Source: an uncultured Spirochaetota bacterium (GTDB taxonomy: Bacteria; Spirochaetota; Spirochaetia; SZUA-6; CAVTHK01). Taken from it: a stretch of DNA of 64,000 nucleotides. Position numbers and translations under genes: made by a program. The notes below the pieces were generated by a model. That model made no database searches. It saw only the letters and a list, made by a program, of their open reading frames with translations, and was not told the origin of the DNA. This document shows positions 38,576-48,718 of this stretch, piece after piece. Position 1 is the stretch's first letter. The number at the start of each line of letters is the position of its first letter. The stretch spans positions 416,001 through 480,000 of the forward strand of contig CAVTHK010000001.1 in NCBI GenBank assembly GCA_963734495.1. The letters are read 5' to 3'.

Positions 38576-40207
38576 ATGGTCAGGAGAGCATTAGTCGTGA
38601 TTGCGGGGCTCGCCGCCGCGCTGCTGCTGTGCGCGCCGGTCTTTGCGGCAGGCGCAAAAGAGGCGGAGCAGGCAGCGGGCGCCGCGGGCAAGTCGGGCGT
38701 GGAGAAGTACTTCCCCGTGCAGGGCAAGAAGTACACCATCAACTGGGTCAGCGGCGCTTCGGCCCCGGTCGACGAGGACGCGCTGATGGTCAAGTACTGG
38801 AACGACGCGTTCAACGTCGACATCAAGATCATCAACATCGAGACCAACAAGTACGTGGAGCTCATCAACCTGCGGTTTGCAGCCGGCGACATACCGGACC
38901 GGTTCCTGATCTCCCCGATGAGCAACCTCATCAAGTGGAAGGAGCAGGACATCCTGGCCGAGGTTCCTCGCGAAGCCATCGAGAAGATCGCGCCCAAGCT
39001 CTATCAGAGGCTCCTGCAGACCAGCAAGAGTTACTTCGATTACTGCTCGGTGGGCGGCAAGATATACGGCTTTCGCCAGCTGCGGGCGCCCAACGACTTT
39101 CGCAGCGTCGCCCTCTGGCGGCGAGACTGGCTGAAGAACGTCGGTATCAACAAGATCCCGGAGACCCTCGATGAGGCCGAGGCGGCCCTCTACAAGTTCG
39201 CGAAGGAAGATCCCGACCGCAACGGCAAGGCCGACACCTACGGCCTCTCGGGCGACGGGATCTACGCGATCTTCGGCGCCTACGGCATATACCCCGGCGG
39301 CGAGCGGGGACAGGACGACAACGGCTTCTGGGTCAAGCGCGACGGCAAGCTGGTCAACAGCGTCGTGCGCCCCGAGATGAAGCTCGCCCTCGAGAAGCTG
39401 GCAAAGTACTACAAGGACGGCGTGCTCGACCCCGAGTTCATCACGGGAGAGAACACCGGCGGCTACTGGGGTGTCTCCCACGCATTCATCAAGGGACGCA
39501 TCGGAATGACCAACCGCGGCACCTGGTACCACTGGGAGCCCGCCCAGTACGAGGGCGCCTACCAGGGCATGAACTACACGGAGCTCAGCAAGATCTACGG
39601 CCCGAAGACCGAGAGCGACATACTCGGCTACGGCGGACCGCTCAAGATGGCGGGCTACGAGTCGGGGCTCCCGCAGGGCGGCTTCTACACCGCCGCGTTC
39701 GGCTTCGGTAAACCGCTGGAAAAGGCGCCCGACCGGATGGGCAAGATGCTCACCATGATCGAAGCCTTCACCATGGACCTCGACACCTACACCAAAATCC
39801 AGTTCGGGAAGGAAGGCGTGAGCTACCAGATGGTTCAGGGCAGGCCTGTGCGCATCGGCGAGTACAAGGACATCGCCTCCCTGTGCAAAATCGGTGCGCA
39901 GGAGACGTTCACGACCATCAACCTGCCCGAGATGTGGTGGGCGACGGTGAGCTGGGGCGAAGACACCTGGGCAAAGAGGTACGGGTTCGAGAAGGGCGGG
40001 CTCAAGGACGAGCTCGTCATGGCGCTCCCCGAAGTCGCCAAGTACAGCGCGGACCTCAACAAGATGAAGTCGGAGATGGTCGTGCAGATCATCACGGGAG
40101 CCAAGCCGCTCAGCACTTTCGACGATTTCGCGAAGAAGTGGTACGGCAGCGGCGGCCAGGAGATGGAGAAGGCTGTCAACGCCTGGTACTCCTCTCTGGC
40201 GAAGTAG
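38576..40207 (+). CDS. Extracellular solute-binding protein (LplA-like)
   Basis: SD AAGGAGG; signal ...PVFAAGAKE; RRDWLKNVG, PETLDE, DPDRNGKADTYG, YKDGVLDPEF. Confidence 0.92.
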   Translation: MVRRALVVIAGLAAALLLCAPVFAAGAKEAEQAAGAAGKSGVEKYFPVQGKKYTINWVSGASAPVDEDALMVKYWNDAFNVDIKIINIETNKYVELINLRFAAGDIPDRFLISPMSNLIKWKEQDILAEVPREAIEKIAPKLYQRLLQTSKSYFDYCSVGGKIYGFRQLRAPNDFRSVALWRRDWLKNVGINKIPETLDEAEAALYKFAKEDPDRNGKADTYGLSGDGIYAIFGAYGIYPGGERGQDDNGFWVKRDGKLVNSVVRPEMKLALEKLAKYYKDGVLDPEFITGENTGGYWGVSHAFIKGRIGMTNRGTWYHWEPAQYEGAYQGMNYTELSKIYGPKTESDILGYGGPLKMAGYESGLPQGGFYTAAFGFGKPLEKAPDRMGKMLTMIEAFTMDLDTYTKIQFGKEGVSYQMVQGRPVRIGEYKDIASLCKIGAQETFTTINLPEMWWATVSWGEDTWAKRYGFEKGGLKDELVMALPEVAKYSADLNKMKSEMVVQIITGAKPLSTFDDFAKKWYGSGGQEMEKAVNAWYSSLAK

Positions 40208-40214
40208 CGTCGGA

Positions 40215-40244
40215 AGGCCGGAGGCGGGGAGCCGCCTCCGGCCT
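40215..40244 (+). terminator. 13-bp stem-loop downstream of the binding-protein gene
   Basis: AGGCCGGAGGCGG-GGAG-CCGCCTCCGGCCT. Confidence 0.6.
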
Positions 40245-40265
40245 CGATTCCAGGTGAACATACAG

Positions 40266-41426
40266 ATGCATGACCCCCACGCGTACGAGAGCGACGAGAT
40301 ATTCCGGTTCCTCATCAGGCGGATCAAGTCGCCGACAGCCGACAGGTCCTTCCTCGCGGAGCGATTCACAGACGCGGGGCGGTGGAGCCGCGAGACGCGC
40401 GAGTGGGTGCGCGGCCTGCTGAGCTACTCCCCGGGGGCGGTCCCCCTCGCGCCCACGGTGGCCGAAGAGGTGGATTTCGGCTCCTACGTGCGCAGGAAGC
40501 TCTACTTCTCCAGCGCGCAGGAGGTCAGGGTTCCGGCGTACCTGCTGATGCCCAAGGGTCTGAAAGGCCCGGCGCCCGCGGTCGTGGCGCTGCACGATCA
40601 CAGCGGGAAGTTCTACTGGGGCAAGGACAAGCTCGTCGATCACAAGGAGAGGCCCGCCGGAGTCGACTGGCTGCAGCTCTGGCGTTACGGGAACAGGGGC
40701 TTCGCGTCCGCCCTCGCTTCGCGCGGCTACGTGGTGATCGTGATCGACGCCCTGAGGTTCGGCGAGCGCGGGTGGTACCGGGAGTCCTGGCTGCGCGATG
40801 GCGCCGAGGCTCTCCAGGGGCTGCGGGAGGGCAGCATCGAGTACATCGACGCGTACGACGCGGTCTGGCGGAGAAACGACGACAAGATGTCGCTTGCGAT
40901 GCTGCATGCGGGCATGACACAGATGGGGGTCATGGTCTGGGACGACATTCGCAGCGTGGACCTCCTGTGCACCCTGGCCGAAGTCGATCGCGAACGCATC
41001 ACCTGCATGGGCCTCTCGCTCGGAGGCTATCGAGCCGCGTGGTTGGGCGCGATGGACGAGCGGATCAGGTGCTGCTGCTCCATCGGGTACATCCTGAGGC
41101 TGCAGGACCAGGTTCCGGACGCGCAGCCCAACCTCTGGGCCGCGGTGCCGGGACTCTACGATCACCTCCCTTATCCGGACCTGATCTCTCTCACCGTGCC
41201 GCGGGATCTGCTGATCCTCTACGGCCAGAACGACAAGATATTTCCGATGAGCTCCGCGGAGGCGGCGGTCGATACGATTCGCAAGGTGTACGCGAAGGCA
41301 GGGGCCGAATCGAGATTCGCGAGCCGCGCGTTCGCCGTGGGACACCAGTTCGACCTCGAGATGCAGGAGTTCGCCTTTGCCTGGCTCGACAACTGCCTCG
41401 GACGGAGCCAACAGGGGAGAGCCTGA
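40266..41426 (+). CDS. Alpha/beta hydrolase (dienelactone hydrolase/esterase-like)
   Basis: PAYLLMP...PAVVALHDH, nucleophile elbow GLSLGG, GQNDKIF and VGHQF as a Ser-Asp-His triad. Start is ATG 40266 or GTG 40254. Confidence 0.88.
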   Translation: MHDPHAYESDEIFRFLIRRIKSPTADRSFLAERFTDAGRWSRETREWVRGLLSYSPGAVPLAPTVAEEVDFGSYVRRKLYFSSAQEVRVPAYLLMPKGLKGPAPAVVALHDHSGKFYWGKDKLVDHKERPAGVDWLQLWRYGNRGFASALASRGYVVIVIDALRFGERGWYRESWLRDGAEALQGLREGSIEYIDAYDAVWRRNDDKMSLAMLHAGMTQMGVMVWDDIRSVDLLCTLAEVDRERITCMGLSLGGYRAAWLGAMDERIRCCCSIGYILRLQDQVPDAQPNLWAAVPGLYDHLPYPDLISLTVPRDLLILYGQNDKIFPMSSAEAAVDTIRKVYAKAGAESRFASRAFAVGHQFDLEMQEFAFAWLDNCLGRSQQGRA

Positions 41427-41430
41427 GGAC

Positions 41431-42555
41431 ATGAAACACATACTGACTGTGGAAACAGGGGAGCACGATCGGGAGCAGTGCCCCGTGTCCGCGAGCATCC
41501 CGCGGGAGGCCTCGAGCGCGGCCGGCTCGATCCGACTCGTGAGGCGGGGGGACGGCAAGGAGATCCCGTGCCAGTGTCGCGAGACTGAAAGCGACCTGGT
41601 GGTCGAGTGGATCGTCGAGAAGGCGTTCCGCGGCGAGCGCCTCGTGTACGAGGCCGAGGTGTCCGAGAAGCCGCCCGCACGGGAGGCGCACGATGGGGTG
41701 CTGCTGCGCCAGACCAAGGACCAGATAGACGTTCTGATCTCGGGAACCCGCTTCTGCTCCTACTACCACGGACCGGCCACGCCCAAACCGTACCTCGGTC
41801 CGATCATGGGCCCGTTCGGCACGAGCCTCACGCGCCTGGATCTGCGGGCGACGGAGCACCCTCACCACCGCTCCCTCTGGGTCGGCCATGGGGAAGTGAA
41901 TGGGGTCGACTTCTGGGGCGAGCCGCGGGAGGGCAGGCCCGGAGTGCACGGGAGGCAGGTGCTCAAGAGCATCGACGCGCTGGTCCATGGCCCCGTGTAC
42001 GGCCTGCTCTCGGTGACCAACACGTGGGAGGCGCTGTCGGGCGAAGACGTGCTGCGGGAGGCGACCACGTTCAAGGTGTACGCGACCGCGGAGCACCTGC
42101 GGATTCTCGACGCGCGCATCGATCTCAAACCGATACGGCGCGACGTCCTTTTCGGCGGTACAAAGGAGGCGGGTCCGTTCGCGATCAGGGTGGCCGAAGG
42201 CATGAAGGTCGACAACGGCGGGTCGTTCGTCAACGGATGCGGCGGCGTCGAGGAGAAGGAATGCTGGGCCAAGCGCGCCCCCTGGTGCGATTACTACGGG
42301 GTCGAAGGCGGGCACATGTATGGCATCGCGGTCTTCGACAACCCCGCGAACGATTCGTATCCGACGACCTGGCACATCCGCAACTACGGCCTCATGTCGC
42401 CCAACTGCTTCCTGATGGGGCCGAGGACGGTCAAGGCCGGCGAGACGCTGTCGTTCCAGTACCGGGTCATCTTCCACACCGGGGACGTCCGCCAGGCCGG
42501 GATCGGCGACAGGTTCGACGACTATATCAACCCGCCGGTCGCGAGCGCGGAATAG
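41431..42555 (+). CDS. Uncharacterised 'PmoA-family' (DUF6807-like) soluble protein
   Basis: KPYLGP, EHPHHRSLWVGHGEVNGVDFW, APWCDY, FDNPAN...WHIRNYGL. Confidence 0.72.
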   Translation: MKHILTVETGEHDREQCPVSASIPREASSAAGSIRLVRRGDGKEIPCQCRETESDLVVEWIVEKAFRGERLVYEAEVSEKPPAREAHDGVLLRQTKDQIDVLISGTRFCSYYHGPATPKPYLGPIMGPFGTSLTRLDLRATEHPHHRSLWVGHGEVNGVDFWGEPREGRPGVHGRQVLKSIDALVHGPVYGLLSVTNTWEALSGEDVLREATTFKVYATAEHLRILDARIDLKPIRRDVLFGGTKEAGPFAIRVAEGMKVDNGGSFVNGCGGVEEKECWAKRAPWCDYYGVEGGHMYGIAVFDNPANDSYPTTWHIRNYGLMSPNCFLMGPRTVKAGETLSFQYRVIFHTGDVRQAGIGDRFDDYINPPVASAE

Positions 42556-42627
42556 GGCCGCCGCACGGGGCGTCACAAGGCCGCACGAGGCCGCACGGGT
42601 GCGGCAGCAGGCCCGAGAGGGGTGTGC

Positions 42628-43683
42628 GTGAAAGTTCTCTGCCTTGTCAACGAAAACGACCTCTTCAAGAAGACGACGCGGATACGCGACTTGTTCTTCT
42701 CCGACGAGGACTACGGCAAGCTGTCCGAGCTGGGGGAGATCGTCCGCGTCTCCGAAGAGGACGTGGCGAACATGCGGGAACCGCGGATCAGCAGGCGGAT
42801 GGAACAGATCCTCCCGACTGTCGATCTGATCTACCAGCAGAGCACCGTTATACCCGAGGACGTTTTCGCGCGCTACCCCCGCATCAAGGCGGTGGCGAAC
42901 GTCAGGGGCAGCTATCCGCCATACTCCCGCGCCTTCTATCGCGAGGCTCTCGGGCGCGGCCAGATCTTCCTGACCGGCGACCCTGCCTACGCCCCCTCGG
43001 TCGCGGAGCTCGCCCTGGGCCACGTGATCAACCTGCTGCGGAACATCGGCGGGTACCACGCGGACATGGTTGCCGGCCGCGAGCACTTCGCCTACTGCCG
43101 CGAGAACGAGGGAGACACGAGCCTTTTCGGCAAGCGAGTCGGGATCGTCGGGTTCGGCGCCGTCGGCCGCGCCTTCGCGTCGGTGCTGCAACCCTTCGGG
43201 GTGCGGATCATGGCGTACGACCCGTATGTGTCCGACGAAGCGGCACGACAGCTCGGGGCGCAGAAGGTCGAGCTGCCGCAGCTTCTGTCAGGCTCGGATG
43301 TGGTCGTGCTCATGGCCAATCCCAATCCGAGCAACCGTCAGCTGATCAACGCCGAGACCCTGGGCCTCATGAAAGCCGGCGCCCTGCTCGTCAACGTGGC
43401 GCGTTCCCACCTTGTCGACTACGCGGCGTTGATCGAGTGGCTGCGGGCGGGAAAGGGCAAGGCGGCTCTGGACGTCTACGAAAAGGAACCTCTCGAGAAG
43501 GACAGCGAGCTCAGGAAGGCTCCGAACCTGGTCCTCACGCCGCACCGCGCGGGCGGCATCGTCGATTCCTACCGCCGGATAGGACATTACCTGCTGCTGG
43601 ACTTCCAGGCGATCGCGGCCGGCCAGGAGCCGCGGTGGATGCGGCGGCTGACCCTGGAGAACATGGACGTGTACCTGTCCTGA
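42628..43683 (+). CDS. D-isomer-specific 2-hydroxyacid dehydrogenase
   Basis: SVAELALG, GIVGFGAVG, LVNVARS, ALDVYEKEPL, LTPHRAG. Confidence 0.9.
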   Translation: MKVLCLVNENDLFKKTTRIRDLFFSDEDYGKLSELGEIVRVSEEDVANMREPRISRRMEQILPTVDLIYQQSTVIPEDVFARYPRIKAVANVRGSYPPYSRAFYREALGRGQIFLTGDPAYAPSVAELALGHVINLLRNIGGYHADMVAGREHFAYCRENEGDTSLFGKRVGIVGFGAVGRAFASVLQPFGVRIMAYDPYVSDEAARQLGAQKVELPQLLSGSDVVVLMANPNPSNRQLINAETLGLMKAGALLVNVARSHLVDYAALIEWLRAGKGKAALDVYEKEPLEKDSELRKAPNLVLTPHRAGGIVDSYRRIGHYLLLDFQAIAAGQEPRWMRRLTLENMDVYLS

Positions 43684-43768
43684 GCCTGCGCCCACTGGCG
43701 CAGGCTTCGGCAGCCGCGCACAGGACCATCGCGGCCCGGCCGCGATACAGTCGACGACGGGAGGAGTC

Positions 43769-44185
43769 ATGGCAGACAGTCGCAAGCTCAGGTTCGTCGA
43801 GGAAGACGACGTCGAGACCCAGGTCTTCGACTGGGGAAGGCTCCGGTGGCTTTCCGAGCCCCGCGTCACGGAGGCCGAGCGATTCAGCGCGGGCATCGTC
43901 TCGCTCAGCCCCGGCAAGGGACATGAGAGGCACAATCACCCGGGCGTCGAGGAGATCCTCTACGTCGTCTCCGGCAAGGGCCGGCAGATGGTGGAGATCG
44001 ACGGCAGGCCCGTCGAGCGCGACATCGAAGCGGGGATGCTCATCCACCTCCCGCCCGACGTCTTCCACTCCACGGTGAACACCGGAAAGGCGCCGATGCG
44101 CCTGCTCGCCGTCTACGCGCCTCCCGGCCCCGAGGCCGAGTTGCGCGTGATGCCGGGAGTCCGGATCGAGCCGCCGAAGCGCTGA
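43769..44185 (+). CDS. Cupin-domain protein
   Basis: GHERHNHPGVEEILYVVSGKG and PPDVFHSTVN metal-binding cupin motifs; SD GGAGG. Confidence 0.9.
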   Translation: MADSRKLRFVEEDDVETQVFDWGRLRWLSEPRVTEAERFSAGIVSLSPGKGHERHNHPGVEEILYVVSGKGRQMVEIDGRPVERDIEAGMLIHLPPDVFHSTVNTGKAPMRLLAVYAPPGPEAELRVMPGVRIEPPKR

Positions 44186-44196
44186 CCGCGGACCCT

Positions 44197-45018
44197 CTAG
44201 AACGCGATCGCTTTGAACTTTCGGACCTGCTCCGTGATGGCCACCTCGGTGGGCAGCCGCTCCATGCTCGAAGCGCCGTAGAATCCGTGGACGCCGCGGG
44301 TGCGCTTGAGCACGAACTCCGCGTCCTCGGGCATCGCGATCGGCCCGCCGTGGCACAGGACGATCACGCGCGGGTTGACCGAGACCGCCGCGTCGCGCAG
44401 CTCCTGCACCTTCGCGACGCTCTGCTCGAGCGTGAGCGCGGTGGACGCCCCGATCGATCCCTTCGTGGTGAGCCCCATGTGGGCGACGATGATGTCCGCG
44501 CCCGCCGCGGCCATCGCGCGCGCCTCGGCCGCCGAAAAGACATAGGGCGTGGTGACGAGATCGATCCCGCGGGCAAGCCGGATCATCTCGACTTCCTTGT
44601 CGTAGCCCATCCCCGTCTCTTCGAGGTTCTGCCGGAACGTGCCGTCGATGAGGCCCACCGTCGGAAAGTTCTGCACGCCAGCGAAGCCCATCTCCTTGAG
44701 CTGCCTCAGGAACAGGGGCATGAGGCGGAAGGGGTCGGACGCGCACACCCCCGCGAGCACGGGGACCTTCTCGACCACGGTCAGCACCTCGGCCGCCATC
44801 TCGACCACCACGCCGTTGGCGTCGCCGTAGGGCATGAGCCCGGCCAGCGATCCCCTGCCGGCCATGCGGTAGCGGCCGGAGTTGTAGATGACGATGAGGT
44901 CGATGCCCCCGACCTCCTCGAACTTGGCGCTGATCCCCGTACCGGCCCCGCCCCCGATGATGGGCCGACCCGAATCGATCGCCCTGCGCAGGTTCCCGAG
45001 GACTTCGGCTCTCGTCAT
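44197..45018 (-). CDS. TIM-barrel 'phosphoenolpyruvate hydrolase-like' protein (Tm-1 C-terminal domain homologue)
   Basis: [66 protein letters not shown]. Confidence 0.88.
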   Translation of the reverse strand: MTRAEVLGNLRRAIDSGRPIIGGGAGTGISAKFEEVGGIDLIVIYNSGRYRMAGRGSLAGLMPYGDANGVVVEMAAEVLTVVEKVPVLAGVCASDPFRLMPLFLRQLKEMGFAGVQNFPTVGLIDGTFRQNLEETGMGYDKEVEMIRLARGIDLVTTPYVFSAAEARAMAAAGADIIVAHMGLTTKGSIGASTALTLEQSVAKVQELRDAAVSVNPRVIVLCHGGPIAMPEDAEFVLKRTRGVHGFYGASSMERLPTEVAITEQVRKFKAIAF

Positions 45019-46241
45019 CGCTTTCTCTCCTTCGCCTCTGCAATCAGCTCGAGCATCAGCGTCACGGCGCGCGCCGCGAAAGCGGGGTCGTTGATGTTGA
45101 CGTCCATCTCTTCGTAGGCGATGCCCGGCTTGAGGCCGCGCCTGATCTCGTCGAACATCGCGCGATCGGCCTCGCGGTCGCAGAACGGCTGCCCGTCGCC
45201 GTCCAGGATCGAGACGCCTCTCGCCGGCACGAGGAACGCGACGGGGCCGCTCGCCGCGTTGGCCCGCTCGGCGAACACCGCGCCCATCTTCCGGTTCTCC
45301 TCGATGTTCGTCCTCATGAGAGTCACCGACGGGTTCCACTCGTAGAAGAGGCGCCCCTGGTACTTCGCGGGCACCGTGGCACGGGGGCCGAAGTTCGCCA
45401 TGTCGACGCAGCCCGGGGCGATCAGGTGGGGAACGCCCCTGCGACCGGGAGCGCTCAAGCGGTCGGGGCCCGCGTCGAACACGCCGCCGCACACGGTATC
45501 GGCCCACTCGGTCGTGGTGATGTCCAGTACCGCGTCGACGAGCCCGTCGTCCACCAGCGACTCCATCGTGCGTCCGCCGGTGCCCGTCGCGTGGAACACC
45601 AGGACCTCGTAGCCCTTTGCCGAGAGAGCTTCCACGCACGCGTTGACGCACTCGGTGGTGTTCCCGAACATGCTCGCGGTGATCACCGGCTTTTCCGCCC
45701 CCGTCCGCGGCACCTTTGACCGGGCCATGCCGCAGACGGCCCCCGCCGCCCGCGTGTAGATCACCCGACTGATGCGGTTGACGCCGGCGACGTCCACGAT
45801 CGACGGAAACAGCACGACATCCTTGCTTCCCACGTAAGGCGAGGTGTCGGCGCCCGCCACCGTGGAGACGCACACCTTGGGGACGCCGAGCGGGAGCGCG
45901 CGCATCGCCGACGTGACGACGGTTGTGCCTCCGCTTCCCCCCATCCCGATGATGCCGTCGAAACGGCCGGCGTCGAACAGCTCCTTGACCACCCTGGCGG
46001 CGCCGGCGGTCATGACCTTCATCGCCAGCCCGCGGTCCTTTTTCGCCCGCAGGGACTCGATCGATTCGCCCCCGGCCTGGGCCAGGCGTGCCGCCGGTAC
46101 GTCGACGGGGAACGGGGCCGCGCCGCCGAGAATGCCCGTGTCCACCGCCAGGACCGAAGCCCCCTGCTCCAGGATCCGGTCGCGAAGAAACGCGTGGTCG
46201 GGCCCTTTCGTGTCGAAGGCGCCGATCATCAGGATCGTCAT
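45015..46241 (-). CDS. UPF0261 / Tm-1-like ATP-binding-domain protein
   Basis: [58 protein letters not shown]. Confidence 0.88.
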   Translation of the reverse strand: MTILMIGAFDTKGPDHAFLRDRILEQGASVLAVDTGILGGAAPFPVDVPAARLAQAGGESIESLRAKKDRGLAMKVMTAGAARVVKELFDAGRFDGIIGMGGSGGTTVVTSAMRALPLGVPKVCVSTVAGADTSPYVGSKDVVLFPSIVDVAGVNRISRVIYTRAAGAVCGMARSKVPRTGAEKPVITASMFGNTTECVNACVEALSAKGYEVLVFHATGTGGRTMESLVDDGLVDAVLDITTTEWADTVCGGVFDAGPDRLSAPGRRGVPHLIAPGCVDMANFGPRATVPAKYQGRLFYEWNPSVTLMRTNIEENRKMGAVFAERANAASGPVAFLVPARGVSILDGDGQPFCDREADRAMFDEIRRGLKPGIAYEEMDVNINDPAFAARAVTLMLELIAEAKERKR

Positions 46242-46349
46242 GGCAGCCTCCCGTCGCGCAGCTCTTGTCGCCGACTACTGTAACTCCGCGGGCGCGCGCT
46301 GTCCAACGCCGCGCGTTGACGCAAGGGCGTCGCCATGTTATGGGACGCC

Positions 46350-47042
46350 ATGAAGACCATCGGCCTGCTCGGCGGCATGAGCTGGGAGTCGAGCCTCGAG
46401 TACTACAGGATCATCAATGAAGAAGTCAGCCGCCGCCTCGGCGGGCTGCACTCAGCCGAGTGCGTCATGTACTCGGTCGACTTCGCCCCGGTCGAGGAGC
46501 TGCTGCGCGCGGGCCGCTGGGACGCCATCGGCGACCTGCTGGCCGGCCACGCGCGCCGCCTCGAGGCGGCCGGGGCCGGAGTCATCCTGATTGCGACGAA
46601 CACGATGCACCACGTGGCCGACCGCGTGCGGGCCGCCGTCTCGGCGCCGCTGCTGCACATCGCCGACGCGACGGGCCGCGAGCTCGCCCGCGGGGGCTTC
46701 CGCAGGGTCGCGCTGCTGGGGACGCGCTTCACGATGGAGATGGACTTCTACCACCATCGGCTGCGGGAAGCCTACGCGGTCGAGACGCTGGTGCCCGACG
46801 AGAGGGCGCGCGTGGAGATCAATCGCGTGATCTTCGAGGAGCTGTGCCGGGGCGTGCTCGCGCCCGAGTCGCGCGAGACGGTGCTGGCCGCGATCGGAGA
46901 GCTGCGCGCCCGCGGCGCCGAGGCCGTCGTGCTCGGCTGCACGGAGCTGCCGCTGCTCGTGAAGCAGGCGGACTCGCCGCTGCCCGTGCTCGACACGATG
47001 CGCCTGCACGCGCTCGCGGCCGTCGACGCGGCGCTCGCGTAG
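46350..47042 (+). CDS. Aspartate/glutamate racemase-family protein (YgeA/RacX-like)
   Basis: [37 protein letters not shown] and LGCTEL. Confidence 0.92.
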   Translation: MKTIGLLGGMSWESSLEYYRIINEEVSRRLGGLHSAECVMYSVDFAPVEELLRAGRWDAIGDLLAGHARRLEAAGAGVILIATNTMHHVADRVRAAVSAPLLHIADATGRELARGGFRRVALLGTRFTMEMDFYHHRLREAYAVETLVPDERARVEINRVIFEELCRGVLAPESRETVLAAIGELRARGAEAVVLGCTELPLLVKQADSPLPVLDTMRLHALAAVDAALA

Positions 47043-47052
47043 CCCCGACGCG

Positions 47053-47850
47053 CTACAGCCGACGCACGTCCGGCCGGTCGAGCAGCTCGACGCGGTTCCC
47101 CTCGGGGTCGAGCACGACGGCGACGCGGCCGATGCCGACCGCCGCTCCGTGGGGCGGGTCCGCCACGCGGACGCCGGAGCGGGAGAAATCGGCGACGGTG
47201 CGGTCGACGTCGTCGACGCGCAGCGCCAGGTACTGCAGGCGCTTTTCCGCAAGCGGCTCTGTCCCCGCGACCGCCACGAGCAGGAGCACGACCCGGCCGC
47301 ACGCGAGGTAGTCGAGCGTCATCTTCCGCTCGCGCACGTCGAAGCGCCTGATGTGCTTCGCCTCCAGGTGCCGCTCGTAGAACGCGCGCGAGCGCGCCGC
47401 GTCGGCCACCCGCAGCGCCACGCTGTAGGTGTCGGCGACGTGGCTGTTCATCCGCAGCTCGGAGAGCGGCTTGTTGAACCGGGGCTGGGCGAGCAGCTCG
47501 ACGCGGATGCCGTCGGGGTCCGAGAAGAACGCGACGCGGCCGACGCCGGAGCCGGCAGCCTTGGGCGGCACGGAGAACGCCACGCCGGCTGCCTTCATTT
47601 TTCCGTAAATCCCGTCCAGGTCGTCGACAGAGAAGGCGATGTGCTCGAGGCCGAGCCGGGCAGGGTCGGGCTTCCGCGGGCAGAGGAGCTCGACGACGCT
47701 CTCGCCGAGCTGCACGTAGCCGAGCCTGGTGTCGGAGCTCGCGATGTGCGCGCTGCGGATGAGCTCGCCGCCGAGCAGGCCCTGGTAGAATGCGAGCATC
47801 CCGTCGATGTCGCTGCAGAAGATGGCTGTGTGCTCGAGACCGGCGGACAT
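47053..47850 (-). CDS. Two-domain VOC (glyoxalase-like) protein
   Basis: LEHTAI...VVELL...LEHIAFSVDD...DPDGIRVELL, repeated as ...DPEGNRVELL. Confidence 0.85.
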   Translation of the reverse strand: MSAGLEHTAIFCSDIDGMLAFYQGLLGGELIRSAHIASSDTRLGYVQLGESVVELLCPRKPDPARLGLEHIAFSVDDLDGIYGKMKAAGVAFSVPPKAAGSGVGRVAFFSDPDGIRVELLAQPRFNKPLSELRMNSHVADTYSVALRVADAARSRAFYERHLEAKHIRRFDVRERKMTLDYLACGRVVLLLVAVAGTEPLAEKRLQYLALRVDDVDRTVADFSRSGVRVADPPHGAAVGIGRVAVVLDPEGNRVELLDRPDVRRL

Positions 47851-47877
47851 GATGAGCCCTCCTCGACGGCTGCGGCG

Positions 47878-48718
47878 CTAACCCTTGATCGATCCCTCGG
47901 CCAGCCCCCTCACCAGGAGCTTCTGCGAGAGCGTGAACACCACGATGGCGGGGATGCTCATCAGGATCGAGGCCGCCATCAGCGGCCCCCAGTGGATCCC
48001 GGCCTCGTCGATGTAGAAGGCGAGCCCCACCGAGATCGTGCGCGTGGTCTTGTCCGTGGAGACGAGCAGAGCGAAGAGGAACTCGTTCCACGCGAGGATG
48101 AACGCGTACATCCCCACGGCCATGATGGCCGGGGTCGAGATCGGGAGGATGATGCGCACCAGCAGCCCGAGCGGCCCGCACCCGTCGACGATCGCCGCCT
48201 CCTCGATCTCGTGGGGCACGTTGTCGAAGAAGCCCTTGAGCAGCCACACCGAGATCGGCATGACCACCATCAGGTAGACGAGGATCAGGCCCTGGTAGCG
48301 TGTTCAGCAGCCTGAGGCTGCGCAGCGTGACGTAGAACGGCACGATGAGGGTGACGCGCGGCAGCACGCGCGTAAAGAGGATCGAGCCGAGCAGCGTCCC
48401 CGCGCCGGGGAACTTGTAGCGGGAGAACCCGTAGGCGGCGAGCACCCCGATCACGAGCGAGATGGCGGTCGAACCGAAGGAAATGATGGTCGTGTTCCTG
48501 AAGTAGCGCAGCATCGCCGAGTTGGTGAACACGCTCATGTAGTTGGCGAGCGTGACGGGCTTCGGCATCCACGCCGGCGGCATGGTGTACACGTCGTGGT
48601 CGGTCTTGAGCGACGTGCTCACTCCCCAGAGGATGGGCACGAGGCTGAAGACGCAGATGATCGCGGCCGAGGCGTAGGCGGCCGAGTGGGCAAGGCGCCG
48701 CGAGGCGGAGCGGGTCAC
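47878..48718 (-). CDS. Carbohydrate ABC permease (MalG-like); apparent +1 frameshift near 48299
   Basis: N-terminal half ...AAYGFSRYKFPG...LLNT and C-terminal half YQGLILVYL...EIEEAAIVDGC...AWNEF. The span is 841 nt, i.e. 3n+1. Confidence 0.88.

Noticed and set aside
41431-42555. 'PmoA family' read as particulate methane monooxygenase
   Set aside because: The protein is soluble, has no TM helices, has no pmoB or pmoC neighbours and sits in a sugar cluster. The family name is misleading.
42556-42610. Three short CCGCAC(G) direct repeats
   Set aside because: Too short and irregular for a CRISPR array or iterons, no cas genes are present, and such repeats are expected by chance at this GC content.
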